A stretch of 63,888 nt of DNA, filler included, from Octopus bimaculoides (GCF_001194135.2; 7 parts of 7 records of this genome joined end to end with filler, not necessarily neighbours in it); one strand, 5' to 3'. Numbered from the whole stretch's first letter, positions 49,276-63,207 are shown. The notes: generated by a model from the letters alone, not told the origin. Program-made: numbers and translations.

Positions 49276-49829
49276 GTTGATATTTAGGTTAGAGAAGAAA
49301 AAAACAGTGTCCAAGTGGCCTGAATATTTGGAACAGTTTGGGTGGCACTAAAGGTTCCCAAGGGCCAGGTGTTACTGTTAAGGTAATGAATTAAGTTTAG
49401 CAGCTATGAATGGGTACTGACCATCTGTCAGATTTCCACACAGTATCCATCAACTCAAAGTTCTTCACACAAGGCTTTCGACAACCTGAAGCTATAGTAG
49501 AAGACATCTCTCCATGGTTTCATGCAGTAAGGTTGAACCTAGGACCATGCAGTTGCAGAGCAAACTTCTTAACCCTACAACATCATCATTTATCATTTTA
49601 AAGTCCACTTTTCCAAGCTTGCATGGGTTGGACGAGTTTCTCAAGGCAAATTTTCTACAGCCAGGTGGCTTTCCTGACACTAACCCTTACCGGTTTCTAA
49701 GCAAGGTAATATATTTCCCCATGGATAGACAGTTTTGCAACATATTGGGAAAGAATGAGATTTGATTAGAACAGTTACATGATGTCAAGACAAGGAGACA
49801 CAAGCATACACACATACAAATATATATGT

Positions 49830-49990
49830 GGCAGGCTTCTTTCAGCTTCCATCTAGCACATCTGCTCACAAGACTTCGGCCAGCCTGGGGCAATAGTACA
49901 AGACACTTGCCTGAGGTAACCTACAGTGGGACTGAACCTGAAACCATGTGGTTGGAAAGCAAGCTTCTTAGCCAGACATCTGCACATGCA
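49830..49990 (-). mobile_element. SINE family B 5' half, CpG-decayed (further relics at ~49420-49575 and ~50880-50945)
   Basis: GGCTTCTTTCAGCTTCCATCTA...GACACTTGCCTGAGG...CAGTGGGACTGAACC. Confidence 0.7.
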
Positions 49991-51427
49991 CATATCACAG
50001 AGATGCTTGCTTAATTCATTTGAAAATTTCCTGGACGGTCAAGGGACTGGTTTGACAGTGCAGATATTTCTACCATAACTTCCAAGACAGAAGCAAAAGT
50101 ACATTAATGAAATTCATTAACTTTAAGCATACAAGGGCTGTCAATTAACTGTAATTAGAGAAAGGCATTAATGACTCACACTGCATTAAGACACAACACA
50201 GCTTGAAAGTATCACATTAATAAATGCGATTGAAATGCAAGACAGATAATGGAAATCAAAGTAAAAAGTCCAAACGAAGGCTATCTTGTTTTCATCATCA
50301 ATTTACTCTTCCTCTCTTGATGTTGGCAAGGCTTGGATCGGTTGTATTACATACAACATCAGTCTATGAAACACAATATTCTCTCCGATACAATCTAATT
50401 ACTTATGTTCTCAAGTATTCCTTTGGTTTACCTGTGATATGGTTATCTATCTCTATCAAATCATCTTTCCTCTAGAAGATAGACAGAACAGGCGTCATCT
50501 GTTTGCATTTACATAACTCCATACTTGTGGAATTGTCTCATGTATGTCGATTGTATGAAATATGGCATGTGGTTTAAGAAGTTTGCTTCATAACGTAATT
50601 CCAGGTTCAATTCCACACCGCCTTCCATGCTGGCATGGGTTGGTTTTGATTTATACTACATGGAGTAAACAAATAGTGTTGCTAGTCACAAGTTTCTAAA
50701 GGATCAATCACTGGCTAATTGCATATCTGATGGCAAGAGTACAGAGGGAGTATTAGCAATTTGGTGCAGAACAAATATCACAATAATTTTTGTTTTGTTG
50801 TTTAAAAGAACATAGGTTCAAAGTTTTCTTGTAGATGTTTACACCTTTCACTAAAAGACAGACACATACACACACAAAACGTATTTGGGAAGCAAACTTC
50901 TTACCACACAGTCATACTTGCACCTATAAGACATGCTTGTGCCTGTTACTAAATATTGTAAATTGTCCAGCTCCTTTTAAATGTTAACAGCCATCACGTT
51001 ACCCTGAGTAACACTGTGCTATTGTATTTCTATTGTGCACAACAAATGTTGTTTAGCTTTATAGAAACTCCCACAGAGCAAAAACCTACGATCAAAGACA
51101 ACCATCTGTGACTCTAGCCATAACATATTTTCAGTGTTAATATCCAGGAATGCATTACTCAATGTGTTCTTTATTTGTTTAAGACCATGAGGGAATGAAC
51201 TAAGGGAGATTTAGCTGATATTTTTAGAAGGTTTAAATGACCAAATAGAGGCTCACTCATTGGTATGCAACTAAGACAATTAGATAATTGCATAGAAGCA
51301 ATGTTGAGTTGTTTGTCTGCAGAAATTTTCTTGATTAGGATGTTTCTTAGAACTGGCTTGCAAGATTAGGCTTGATGCATGAAACATTTGCTTCAAATTT
51401 CTCAAAGATTCATGAATATATATATAT

Positions 51428-51769
51428 CAGGGATCTGCCACCTGGGTAGGCAAGGTAGGCAGTGCCTACCCTGTAACATTTTCCTTTTATGGCAAAATAT
51501 GCACCTAAAATATTTTATTTTTTTGTAGATTAGATAGACATAGTTCACCCTTGCCTTTCAATCTCAGTATTGAAACTATGCATAATACTGCTGTAGTACA
51601 CATGCTGCATACATTCCTACAACAACTTTTTCTTTATGCGCTCTCAAAGCAGAAGTAAATCTGCCTCCAACTCAGTTGCACACCTGCGTTTCGCTTATTT
51701 TTTTTTGCGTTTTACTACATAAACATCACCAACTGCCTACCCTGAGTAATTACTCACAGGACATGCCTG
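51428..51769. mobile_element. hAT-like MITE (342 bp)
   Basis: Ends CAGGGATCTGCC and GGACATGCCTG (imperfect TIR); 8-bp flanks ATATATAT and ATATAAAT; subterminal GCCTACCCTG/GGTAGGC repeats. Confidence 0.55.
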
Positions 51770-51874
51770 ATATAAATATATGTATATTTAAGAAGGGAAA
51801 AAGGGGGAAATAGGAAAGCTATTGGAATGTGCAAAGTCTCACAAAACCTATATATTTCAGGCACAACGGTCCAT

Positions 51875-52183
51875 CCCCAGAAGAAAAACAGTCTGGGAAA
51901 TGTCTAGCTATACAGATCCCATTAACTTATTCAAATACCTCAGCACTATGTTAGCAATAGCAATCACTCTCCAAATGTTGGTGTAATCCACTCTCCAGCT
52001 GGTGAGTTGCCTGCAGCAACAGTTAGATGTTTGTTTACACCAATGCTTGGAGAGTTGGTTACACAAACATTTGGAGAGTGACTGCTACTGCTAACATAAT
52101 GCTGAGGAATTTGTATAGGTTAATGGGACCTGTGTAACTAGACATTTCCCAAACTGTTTTTTCTTTTTTTTTTTTTGCTGGGG
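51875..52183. mobile_element. Foldback element with ~112-bp inverted arms
   Basis: 51875-51986 is the reverse complement of 52059-52183 at roughly 90 percent identity (poly-T expansion in the right arm). Confidence 0.8.
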
Positions 52184-52419
52184 ATAGGTCTTTGCACAAA
52201 ATATAAAGGTTTTGTGAAACTTGCCACATTCTCAAAAGCTTTCCTATTTTCTCCTTTTTCTCTTCTTCAACATTACAATGTTTCAAGCGAACCACAGTGC
52301 TCTTATATATATATATATANNNNNNNNNNNNNNNNNNNNNNNNNNNNNNNNNNNNNNNNNNNNTTAATTAATTAANNNNNNNNNNNNNNNNNNNNNNNNN
52401 NNNNNNNNNNNNNNNNNNN

Positions 52420-55400
52420 GTACGTAGGAATGATCGAACGAGCGAAGGAATGTACGTACGTACGAACGAATGAACTAACGTATGTACATAGGTACGTACG
52501 TATGTAAGTACGTACGTACGAACGACTGAACGAACGAAATTAAGAACGAACGAAGGAACGTACATAGTACGAATAAACGAACGTACGTATGTACGAACGT
52601 TTGAACTAACCAACGTACGTACGTACAATCGAACAAACGAACGAGCGAACGATCAAAGGAACGAACGAAACAACGAACGTACGTACGTACGCACAAACGA
52701 TCGTACGTACGTAGGTACATACGAACTAACGAACGAACGTACGTACTTACGTACGAACGTACTTACGTACGAACGTACTTACGTATGTACGTACGTTCGT
52801 ACTTACGTAAGAACGTACGAAAGAACGTACATACGAAGGAACAAACTAGCGAAAGCACGAACGAACGAAAGAACTACGTGTGTACCTACAAAGAAACGAA
52901 TGAACGAACAAACGAAACAACGAACAAACGAAGGTACGTTTGTACGTACGTTCATACGTAAGAATGAAGGAATGAACGAACGAACGAACGTACGTACGTA
53001 CGAACGTGCGTAGGTATGTACGAACGAACGACCAAACGATCGAAGGAACGAACGATAGAACGAACGTACGTAGGTACGTAAGAACGAACGATCGTACGTA
53101 CATATTAACGAACGAACGAACGGACGTACGTAGATATGTACGTATGAACGAACGAGCGATGGAACGAACGAACTAACGAAAGAATGAACCAACGAAAGAA
53201 CGATAGTACGTACGTACGTATGATCGAACGAATGAACGAAGAAACGAAATGAATGAACGAATGTACGAACGTACGAAGGAACTAACGTTTGAACGTACAT
53301 ACGCACGTACGTACGTACGTACGAACGAACGAATGAAAGAACATACGTACGTAATTACGTATGTACGAACGAACGAACGAACGAACATACGTACGTGCGG
53401 ACGAACGAACGAACGAACGACTGAACGAACGAACGACCGAACGAACGAAAGAACGAACGTACGTACTTACGAACGATCGTTCGTACGTACGTACATACGA
53501 ACGAACGAACGAACGTACTTACGTATGTACGTAGGAACGTACAAACGAACGTACATACGAAGGAACGAACTATCGAAAGAACGAACGAAGGAAAGAACTA
53601 ACGAACGACCGAAGGAAAGAACGTACGTGCGTACGTACGAAGAAACAAACGTACGTACGTACGATCGAATGAACGAAGGAACTTGCGTACATACGTCCGT
53701 ATGTAAGTACGAACGTACGTCCGAACGTAGGTACGTACGAACGAACAAACGAACGAACGTACGCACTTGCGAACGAAAGAAAGATCGAACGAACAAACGA
53801 ACGAACGAACGAACGTACATAGTACGAATAAACGAACATACGTATGTACGAACGTTTGAACGAACCAACGTACGTACGTGCAATCGATCGAACGAACGAA
53901 AGAACGAACTAACGAATGAATGTACGTACTTAAGTGCTTACGAACGAACGACCGAATGAACGAACGTACGTACGTAAGTACGGACGAACGAAAGTTCGTA
54001 AGCACGTACGAACGAACGAACGAACAAACGTAATTACGTACGTACGAACAAACGAACGGATGGACAAGCGAACGTACGTACGTACGAACGAAGGAAAGAA
54101 CTAATGAACGAACGAACTAACGAACGAAAGTTCGCAAATACGTACGTAGTAACGAACGAATGAACGAACGAACGAAATTAAGGAACGAACGGACGTACAT
54201 TGTACGAATAAACTAACGTACGTATGTATGAACGTTCGAACGAACGGTACATTCGATCGAACGAACGAACGAAAGAACGAACGTACGTACGTACGTATGT
54301 ACGAACGAATGATCGAACGAACAAATGAACGATCGAACGAACGGACGATCGAACGAACGACCGTAATTACGTACGTACGAACGAACGGATGGACGAGCGA
54401 ACGTACGTACGTACGAACAAACAAAGGAACGAACGGACGTACGGACGTACATACATAAGTACGTACGTACGTAGGTACGAACGAAGGAACGAACAAACGA
54501 ACGAAAGTTCGTACTTACGTACGTAGTAACGAACAAACGAATGAACGATCGAACGTACGTACGTATGAATCAACGAAAAAACAAATGAAGAACGTACTTA
54601 CGCACGTACGAACGAACGAACGAATGAATGAACGAACGAATGAACGAAAGAAGGAACGAACGACAGAACAAACGATCTAACGAACAATCGTAGGTACACA
54701 CGTACGAACGAACGAACAACTATACATACGAAGGAACAAACGAAGGAATGAACATATGTACGTACGTAGGAACGAACGAACGATTGATCGAACGAACGCA
54801 CAAACGAACAAACGAAAGAAGGAACGAATGATGGAACGAAGGAACAAAGTAACGAACGAAAGTACGTAGGTACGTACGATCAAACGAACGAACGAACGAA
54901 AGAACTAACGAACGACCGAACGAAAGAACGTACGTGTATACGTACGAAGAAACGAAACAACGAACAAACGAAGGTACGTTTGTACGTACGTTCATACGTA
55001 AGAATGAAGGAATGAACAAATGTAAGTACGTACGACCGAATGAACGTACGTACGTAAGAACGAACATGCGTACGTATGGACGAACGAACGACCAAACGAT
55101 CGAAGGAACGAACGAAAGAACGAACGTACGTACGTACGTAAGAACGAACGATCGTACGTACATACGAACGAACGAACGGACGTACGTAGATAAGTACTAT
55201 GAACGAACGGACGTACGTAGATAAGTACTATGAACGAACGAGCGATAGAACAAACGAACGTACGTACGTATGAATGAACAAATGAACGTACATACGAACG
55301 AACGAACTAACGAAAGAATGAACCAACGAAAGAACTAACGAACGAACGAATGTACGTACGTACGTACTAATGACCGAACGAACGAAAGAACTAACGAACA

Positions 55401-58400
55401 ACGAACGAACGAACATACGGAATAACGAACGAACGTACGTACGGATGTACGTTCGCAAGTACCTACGTACGAAAGAATGAACGAACGTACGTAAAAACGA
55501 ACGACGAACGAACGAACGTACGTTCGTACGTAAGTACAAACGAACTAACGATCGAACAAACAAAAGACAGAAGGAATGAAGGAACGAACGAACGTACGTA
55601 CGTACAATCGATCGAACGAACGAACGAACGAAAGAACGAACTAACGAATGAACGCACGTACTTACATACTTACGAACGAACGAACGAATGAACGAACGTA
55701 CGTAAGTACGAACGAACGAACGTAATTACGTAAGTACGAACGAACGAACGTAATTACGTAGGTACGAACGAACAAACGAACGGATGGACGAGCGAACGTA
55801 CGTACGTACGAACAAAGGAACGTACATACGTACGTACGAACGAAGGAAAGGACGGATGGACTAGCGAACGTACGTACGTACGAACAAAGGAAGGAACGAA
55901 CGTACATACGTACGTACGTACGAACGAACGAACTAATGAACGAACGAATTAATGAACGAACGAACTAACGAACGAGTGAAAGAACGTACGTACGTACGAA
56001 CGAACGAACGAAAGAGTTAACGACGAACGAATGAACGAAGGAAGGAACGAACGATAGAACAAACGATTTAACGAACAATCGTCGGTACATACGTACGAAC
56101 GAACGAACATCCGTAGTACGAAGGAACAAACGAACGAGTGAACGTACGTATGTACGTAGGAACAAACGAACGATTGATCGAACGAACGCACAAACGAACA
56201 AACGAAAGAAGGAACGAACGATGGAACGAAGGAACGAAGGAACAAAAGAACGAACGAAAGTACGTAGGTACGTACGAACAATCGAACGAACGAACGAACG
56301 AAAGATTGAACGAAGGAAGGTACTTACGAGTGAACGAACGATCGAACGAACGAACAAAAGAAAGAACATACGTACGTATGTAATTTCGTTTCTTCGTTCG
56401 TACTTACGTACGAACGAACGTACGTACGTACGAACGAACGAACGAACGCACTAACGAACTAACGAATGAACGTACGTACGTAGATAAGTACGTACAAACG
56501 AACGAACGATCGTACGTAAGTACGTACCTAAGTAAGTACGCACGAATGAACCAACGAACGTACATACGTACGTACGTACGATCGAGCGAACGAAGGAACG
56601 TGCGTACATACATCCGTACGTAGGAACGAGCGAACAAATGTACGTACGTACGAACGACTGAACGAATGAACGAACGAACGAACTAACGAAAGAACGACAG
56701 AACTAACGAAGCTACTTACATACGTACGTACGTACGTACGAACGTATGACGTGCGTATGTACGTACGACGTGCGTTCGTACGTACATACCTGCGTACGTA
56801 GGTGTGTACGTACGTACATGCGTACGTACGAACAAACGAACAAACGAACGAACGAAAGAACGAAGCGACGAACAAAAGGTGGTACGTTTGTACGTTCGTT
56901 CATACGTAAGAAGGAACGAACGTAGGAACGTAAGTACGTACCTAGTACGAATAAACGAACGTATGTATGTACGAACGTTCGAACGAACGAACGTACGTAC
57001 GTACATTCGATCGAACGAATGAACGTACGTACTTACGAACGAACGAACGAACGAATGAACGAACGTACGTACGTAAGTACGAACGAACGAAAGTACGTAC
57101 GTACCTAAGTACGAACGAAGGATCGGACGAACGAACGTAATTACGTACGTACGAACGAACGGATGGACGAGCGAACGTACTTACGTACGAACAAACAAAG
57201 GAACGAACGAACGTACGTACTTACATAAGAACGTACGTACGAACGAACGAACGAACGTACATACGTACGTACGTACGAACGAAGGAACGAACGAACTAAT
57301 GAACGAAAGAACAAACGAACGAAAGTTCGTACATACGTACGTAGTAACGAACGAACGAATGAACGAATAAACGAACGAACAAACGAACGAACGTACGTAC
57401 GTATGAATCAACGGACGAACGAATGAAAGAACGTACGTACGTACGTACGAACGAACGAACGAATGAACGAAAGAAGGAACGAACGATAGAACAAACGATT
57501 TAACTAACAATCGTAGGTACATAGGTACGAACGAACGGACAACCGTACATACGATGGAATAAACGAACGAATGAACGTATATACGTACGTAGGAACGAAC
57601 GAACGATTGATCGAACGAATGCACAAACGAACAAACGAAAGAAGGAACGAACGATGGAAGGAAGGAACGAACAAACGAACGAACGAACGATAGATTGAAC
57701 GAACGAAGGTACGTACGAGCGAACGAACGAACGAACGATCGAACGAACGCAAGAAAGAACGTACGTACGTACGTACTTAATTACATTCGTTCGTTCGTAT
57801 TTACGTACGTACTTCTTTCTTTTGTTCGTTCGTTCGATCGTTCGTTCATTCGTTCGCTCGTACGTTCAATCTTTCGTTCTATCGTTCGTTCATTCGTTCG
57901 CTCGTACGTACCTTCGTTCGTTCAATCTTTCGTTCGTACGTACTTTCGTTCGTTCTGTTGTTCCTTCGAACGTACGTAAGTACGAACGAACCAACGAACG
58001 TAATTACGTACGTACGAACGAATGAACGAACGAACGAACGAACGGTCGAACGAACGAACGTACGTACGTACTTACTTATGTACGTACGTACGAATGAAAG
58101 AACGTACGTACGTACGAACGAATGAACGAAAGAATCAAAGAACGAAAGATGGATCGAACGATGGAAGAAAAGATTAACGAACAAATGTAGGTACAGACGT
58201 ACGAACGAACGAAAGATCGAAATAAAGAAAGAACGAACGTACATACGTACGTAAATACGTACGAACGAACGAACGAAAAACTTACGTTCGAACGAACAGA
58301 CGAACGAAAGAACGATCGGATGATCGAACGAAAGAATTTATGAACGAACTTACGTACGAACGAACGGACGAATGAACGTACGTACGGACGAAGAAAAAAC

Positions 58401-58800
58401 GATCGAACGAACTAACCTACGTACGAACAAACGAACGACCTAACGAAATAACGACAGAACTAAAAGGTACGTACATACGTACGTACGAACGACCGAACGT
58501 ACGTACGTATGACGTGCGTATGTACGTACGTACGACGTGCGTTCGTACGTACGTACCTTCGTACGTACGAACAAACGACCAAACGACCAAACGAAAGAAC
58601 GATGCAACGAACAAAAGTTGGTACGTTTGTACGTACATTCATACGTAAGAAGGAACGTACGTACGTAGATAAGTACGTACGAACGAACGATCGTACGTAC
58701 CTAAGTAAGTACGCACGAATAAACAAACGAACGTACATACGTACGTACCTACGAACGAACGAACGAACGAACAAACTAACGAAAGAATGAACCAACGATA
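52420..58800. repeat. 6.4-kb CpG-saturated tetranucleotide satellite (ACGA/ACGT) with higher-order blocks and an internal inversion
   Basis: Direct reading; recurrent unique words give ~1.3-2.1-kb offsets; polarity flips to TTCG at ~57781-57968. Confidence 0.95.
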
Positions 58801-59217
58801 ACTTATTGATAATAGATCCTATGTTGGGGAGAGTAGATTATGAGAAAAAACATTGAACTAGCTAGGACCCTTGAAAATAAAAATTGTCTTATTATTGATA
58901 ACAATACAAATAACTACCAAACTATTAATAACACCAACGCAACCAATAATCATGCACATGTTAATGAACATATTAATACTTCAACTGTTAACATAGTTGA
59001 TGAGATAAATCTTCCTAGCTCAAACAATATCAATTGCATATCTAATAATACAACCAGCAATATTGATGTAACTAATTTAGATAGTTGTATCAATAATCAA
59101 CATAGCAATATATATATATATAGCTAATAAGCCCCTTAATTGCAATTGTAGAATTAAAGCCTACTGTCCGGTATCTGACCGTTGTTTAACCCGTAATGTA
59201 GTCTATAAATGTACAGT
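58800..59217 (+). mobile_element. Penelope-like element fragment (Asn-rich linker plus Cys motif preceding GIY-YIG)
   Basis: After a frameshift in (TA)n: NKPLNCNCRIKAYCPVSDRCLTRNVVYKCTV, matching the CxCR...CP...CL...VVYK motif of Neptune-type PLEs. Confidence 0.75.
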
Positions 59218-59317
59218 NNNNNNNNNNNNNNNNNNNNNNNNNNNNNNNNNNNNNNNNNNNNTTAATTAATTAANNNNNNNNNNNNNNNNNNNNNNNNNNN
59301 NNNNNNNNNNNNNNNNN

Positions 59318-59366
<49 letters not shown>

Positions 59367-59764
59367 TCACACAGGGAACAACAAAGGAGCAAACGGAAAA
59401 AAAAAAAAAAAACGGAAAAAATTTCGTATAATGGTCGCGGGCCACGTTGAAACTCTCGTTTGCCGTGAACCAAACACCATCACCATCTCGATACCTTTCA
59501 ATAATAATGCTCAACTTGGCGATGTCAGACAACATAAGCTGCTGAAGTATTATAAATCAACGAACATGAAAGACGAACATGAACAGAAAACATAAGACAC
59601 TTGCAATAACAAGAGTAAATTAAGGGGTTTAGATCGAACGGTAAATAACGACGGGTTACGAGAGGAACGGGAAATATATTATGACAGACGTTCTACAATA
59701 GGGTCAAAACATTTTACCAACTTTATTCTTACCAGCTAGAAATTAATGATAAGAGTTAATATTA

Positions 59765-59950
59765 TTTTCTACTCTAAGTACAAGGCCCGAAATGTTTGGG
59801 GAGGGGACTAGTCAATTAGATCGGCCCCAGTATGCAACTGGTATTTAATTGAACGACCCCGAAAGAATGCAAGGCAAAGTCGACTTCGGCGGAATTTGAA
59901 CTCAGAACGTAAAGACAGATGAAATACCGCGAAGCTCGTCGGGCGAAATG
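59765..59950 (-). mobile_element. SINE family A, 5'-truncated
   Basis: GACCCCGAAAGAATGCAAGGCAAAGTCGACTTCGGCGGAATTTGAACTCAG. Confidence 0.85.
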
Positions 59951-60900
59951 CTTTGAGAAGGAAATAGAAAGACATAAAGGAGAGAAAACAGAAAAGAGAG
60001 GAAAGAAAGAAGTAAAAATGAGAAAGAGAAAGAAAGAGGAGGAAAGAAGGAAAAATGAGAAAGAGAAGGAAAGAAGGAAAAATGAGAAAGAGCAAGAAAG
60101 ACAAGGAAAAAAAGAGGAAGAAAGAAGAAAAGTAAGAATGAGGAAGGGAGAGTTAGAGAGAGAGAAAGAGCACAAAAAAGGAAGGAGAAAGAAGGAAGAA
60201 GGGAGACAGTGACAGAAAGAGACAATAAATGAATATTAAAAAGAATGATTTAAAAGAAGAAAGAATGAGTGAACAAATGTGAAAAAAAGTAAGGTAAGAA
60301 AGGGAAAAGATTGAGAGTAACGTGAATAGAAAGAAAGAATGACTGAATGAATGAGGGAGAGAGAGAGAAAAATAATCGAAAATTGAAAAGAATGAGAAGA
60401 AAAGAAAAAAGAACGAGTGAGCTGAAGTGAAAAAATAAGGTAAGAAAGAAAAGGAAAAAATTGAGTGAAAGTAACGTGAAAAGAAAGAAAGAAAGAAAGA
60501 AAGAAAAAAATAACTGAATGAATAAGGGAGAGGGAAAAATCGAAAATTAAAAAGAATGAGTGAGAAGAGAAAGAACGAGTGAACGAAAGTGAAAAAATAA
60601 GAAAGAAAAGGAAAAGAAAAAAAAAAGAAAAATGAAAAATTTTAAATGAATGACTGAATGAATGAAGGATAGAGAAAAATTAAAGAGAGAGAAAATTGAA
60701 AGAGAGAGAAAAAAATTAAAAAGAATGATTTAGAAGAAGAGAAAAAAAAGAGAACGAGTGTACGAAAACGAAAAAGAATTTAGTGAAAGAAGGAAAGCAA
60801 AAAGATTTAGTGAAAGAAACGGTGGAATGAGAGAATGAAAGAAGCCATCATAGACTAAAGTATGCACGAAGAAGAAAGTGAGAGAATGAGCGAATATGAA
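59950..60900. repeat. Purine-rich tract with degenerate ~155-180-bp tandem units
   Basis: Anchors ACTGAATGAAT (~60341, 60493, 60652) and GAACGAGTG (~60411, 60574, 60752). Confidence 0.7.
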
Positions 60901-61213
60901 GGAAAAAGAAGAGAGAAGTACGACAAAGAGTTTGAAAGATTACAATGGAGGCCGTTAAGGGAGCAACGTCGAGTTGGTGGTGGCGGTGGGAGGTGAAGCA
61001 ATGATTTACTTTCTATGGGTTTGTTTGTACTTAGACAAACCAATATGGCGGTACTGTTGTTATTGCTGTTATTGTTGTTGTTGTTGTTGACGGCATTGCT
61101 GCTGTTATTTATTGTTTCGCTTCAAGCCAAGAAAGAGTGTTCTGCAAGTATGTGTGTGTGTGTGTGTGTTATATGCATATACACACAGTCACACACACAC
61201 ACAGGCATATTAT

Positions 61214-61302
<89 letters not shown>

Positions 61303-61427
61303 TATACAGAGAGAGTGGTTCTTAAGCCCGTATTCGAACACTTTTGGGCACTGGAAATCCTGACAAGATTAGACGACACGTTGTACATACATGCCATAGA
61401 TCAGTCAAGACAAAAGAATACCTTTCC

Positions 61428-61462
<35 letters not shown>

Positions 61463-61495
61463 CTATATATATGTCGGTATATGTGTGTGTGTGTG

Positions 61496-61536
<41 letters not shown>

Positions 61537-61662
61537 NNNNNNNNNNNNNNNNNNNNNNNNNNNNNNNNNNNNNNNNNNNNTTAATTAATTAANNNNNNNN
61601 NNNNNNNNNNNNNNNNNNNNNNNNNNNNNNNNNNNNTTCTGAAACATATTCAACAAGCAAAA

Positions 61663-61712
<50 letters not shown>

Positions 61713-61794
61713 ACACACACACAAACACACACAAACATATATATTATGCAGTAATTAAATTATATATTTTGCACTTTATTGTGTTTTGTCATGT

Positions 61795-61871
61795 GCGTGA
61801 TGTCTCGATCTGTGAAAAAAATTGTCTTGCATGAAACCGGTCTAAAGCGCCAAAAGGTTAGGGGACCGCTG
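61795..61871 (+). mobile_element. hAT-Charlie (MER1-like) 3' terminus
   Basis: GTGAAAAAAATTGTCTTGCATGAAACCGGTC...GCCAAAAGGTTAGGGGACCGCTG resembles Charlie3/MER1 ends (from recall). Confidence 0.6.
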
Positions 61872-62300
61872 GTCTAAACCGATCTACATATATGAATTTA
61901 ATACGAGCTAGCAAATAAGAACGTGTCTACGTGGTCGGTCGACTTACTGGAAATAGCAGCTAAATCTGCATCATATGAGATCTTTTAAAAAAATTACGCA
62001 GTGTTGGATGCCGTAGTTAAAATACATTTTCATAGACGTGCTGAATTAGGGCGGAAATAGGATTAAAAAGCAACTATAAGTTTCATATGATGAGGAGGTC
62101 TAAAGAAGAGTTTGAATTTGGCAATTATGACAGTAGTAACCTGGGCAGAGTTTATAATTTGCCCCACCAACGCGCACTACCACGACAGGAATGTGAGATA
62201 AGACTAAAAATAATTCAGATGAGAAAGATGAAACATGAGAATAGCAATAAGCGTGGCTGAAGAAAAGAGAAGCTTCTCGCATGTCAAACCTATCCAGGAA

Positions 62301-62364
<64 letters not shown>

Positions 62365-62719
62365 NNNNNNNNNNNNNNNNNNNNNNNNNNNNNNNNNNNN
62401 NNNNNNNNNNNNNNNNNNNNNNNNNNNNNNNNNNNNNNNNNNNNNNNNNNNNNNNNNNNNNNNNNNNNNNNNNNNNNNNNNNNNNNNNNNNNNNNNNNNN
62501 NNNNNNNNNNNNNNNNNNNNNNNNNNNNNNNNNNNNNNNNNNNNNNNNNNNNNNNNNNNNNNNNNNNNNNNNNNNNNNNNNNNNNNNNNNNNNNNNNNNN
62601 NNNNNNNNNNNNNNNNNNNNNNNNNNNNNNNNNNNNNNNNNNNNNNNNNNNNNNNNNNNNNNNNNNNNNNNNNNNNNNNNNNNNNNNNNNNNNNNNNNNN
62701 NNNNNNNNNNNNNNNNNNN

Positions 62720-62755
<36 letters not shown>

Positions 62756-63207
62756 TATAAATGTATACACTTCTTGATAATGCTGAAATAAAATATCATT
62801 GAATAACAAAGTATTACAGTAAAGTTTTCGACTCAACAAAGAAATCTATGGATATAAGGGCAAAAACAAAATCAAATAAAAAAAGAAACAAACAAAATGT
62901 ATGCATGTGTGTATGTATGCATGTATATATGTATATGTGCATGTATATATGTAAGTAAGTGTGCATGCAAGCAAGTATGTATGCGTGCATGTATGCATGT
63001 ATGTTTGTATGTATGCGTGTATGTTTATATGTCTGTATGTATTTATGCAACTACGCCTTTTCTTTTAGCCTTTTTAATCGCTGAATCCTTTTCAGACCCT
63101 CACTTTCTCCTATCACTTCGACAACCACTTCCCTATTCGAGTGGATGCTCTATTCGCTATGATGCGAAATTTTCTCACAGATCAGCTGAAACACATAACA
63201 ACCGTAG

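Noticed and set aside
52368-58795. Dozens of RTYV/RTNE/FVRS ORFs up to 236 aa
   Set aside because: ACGA/ACGT repeats rarely contain stop codons; no coding signal.
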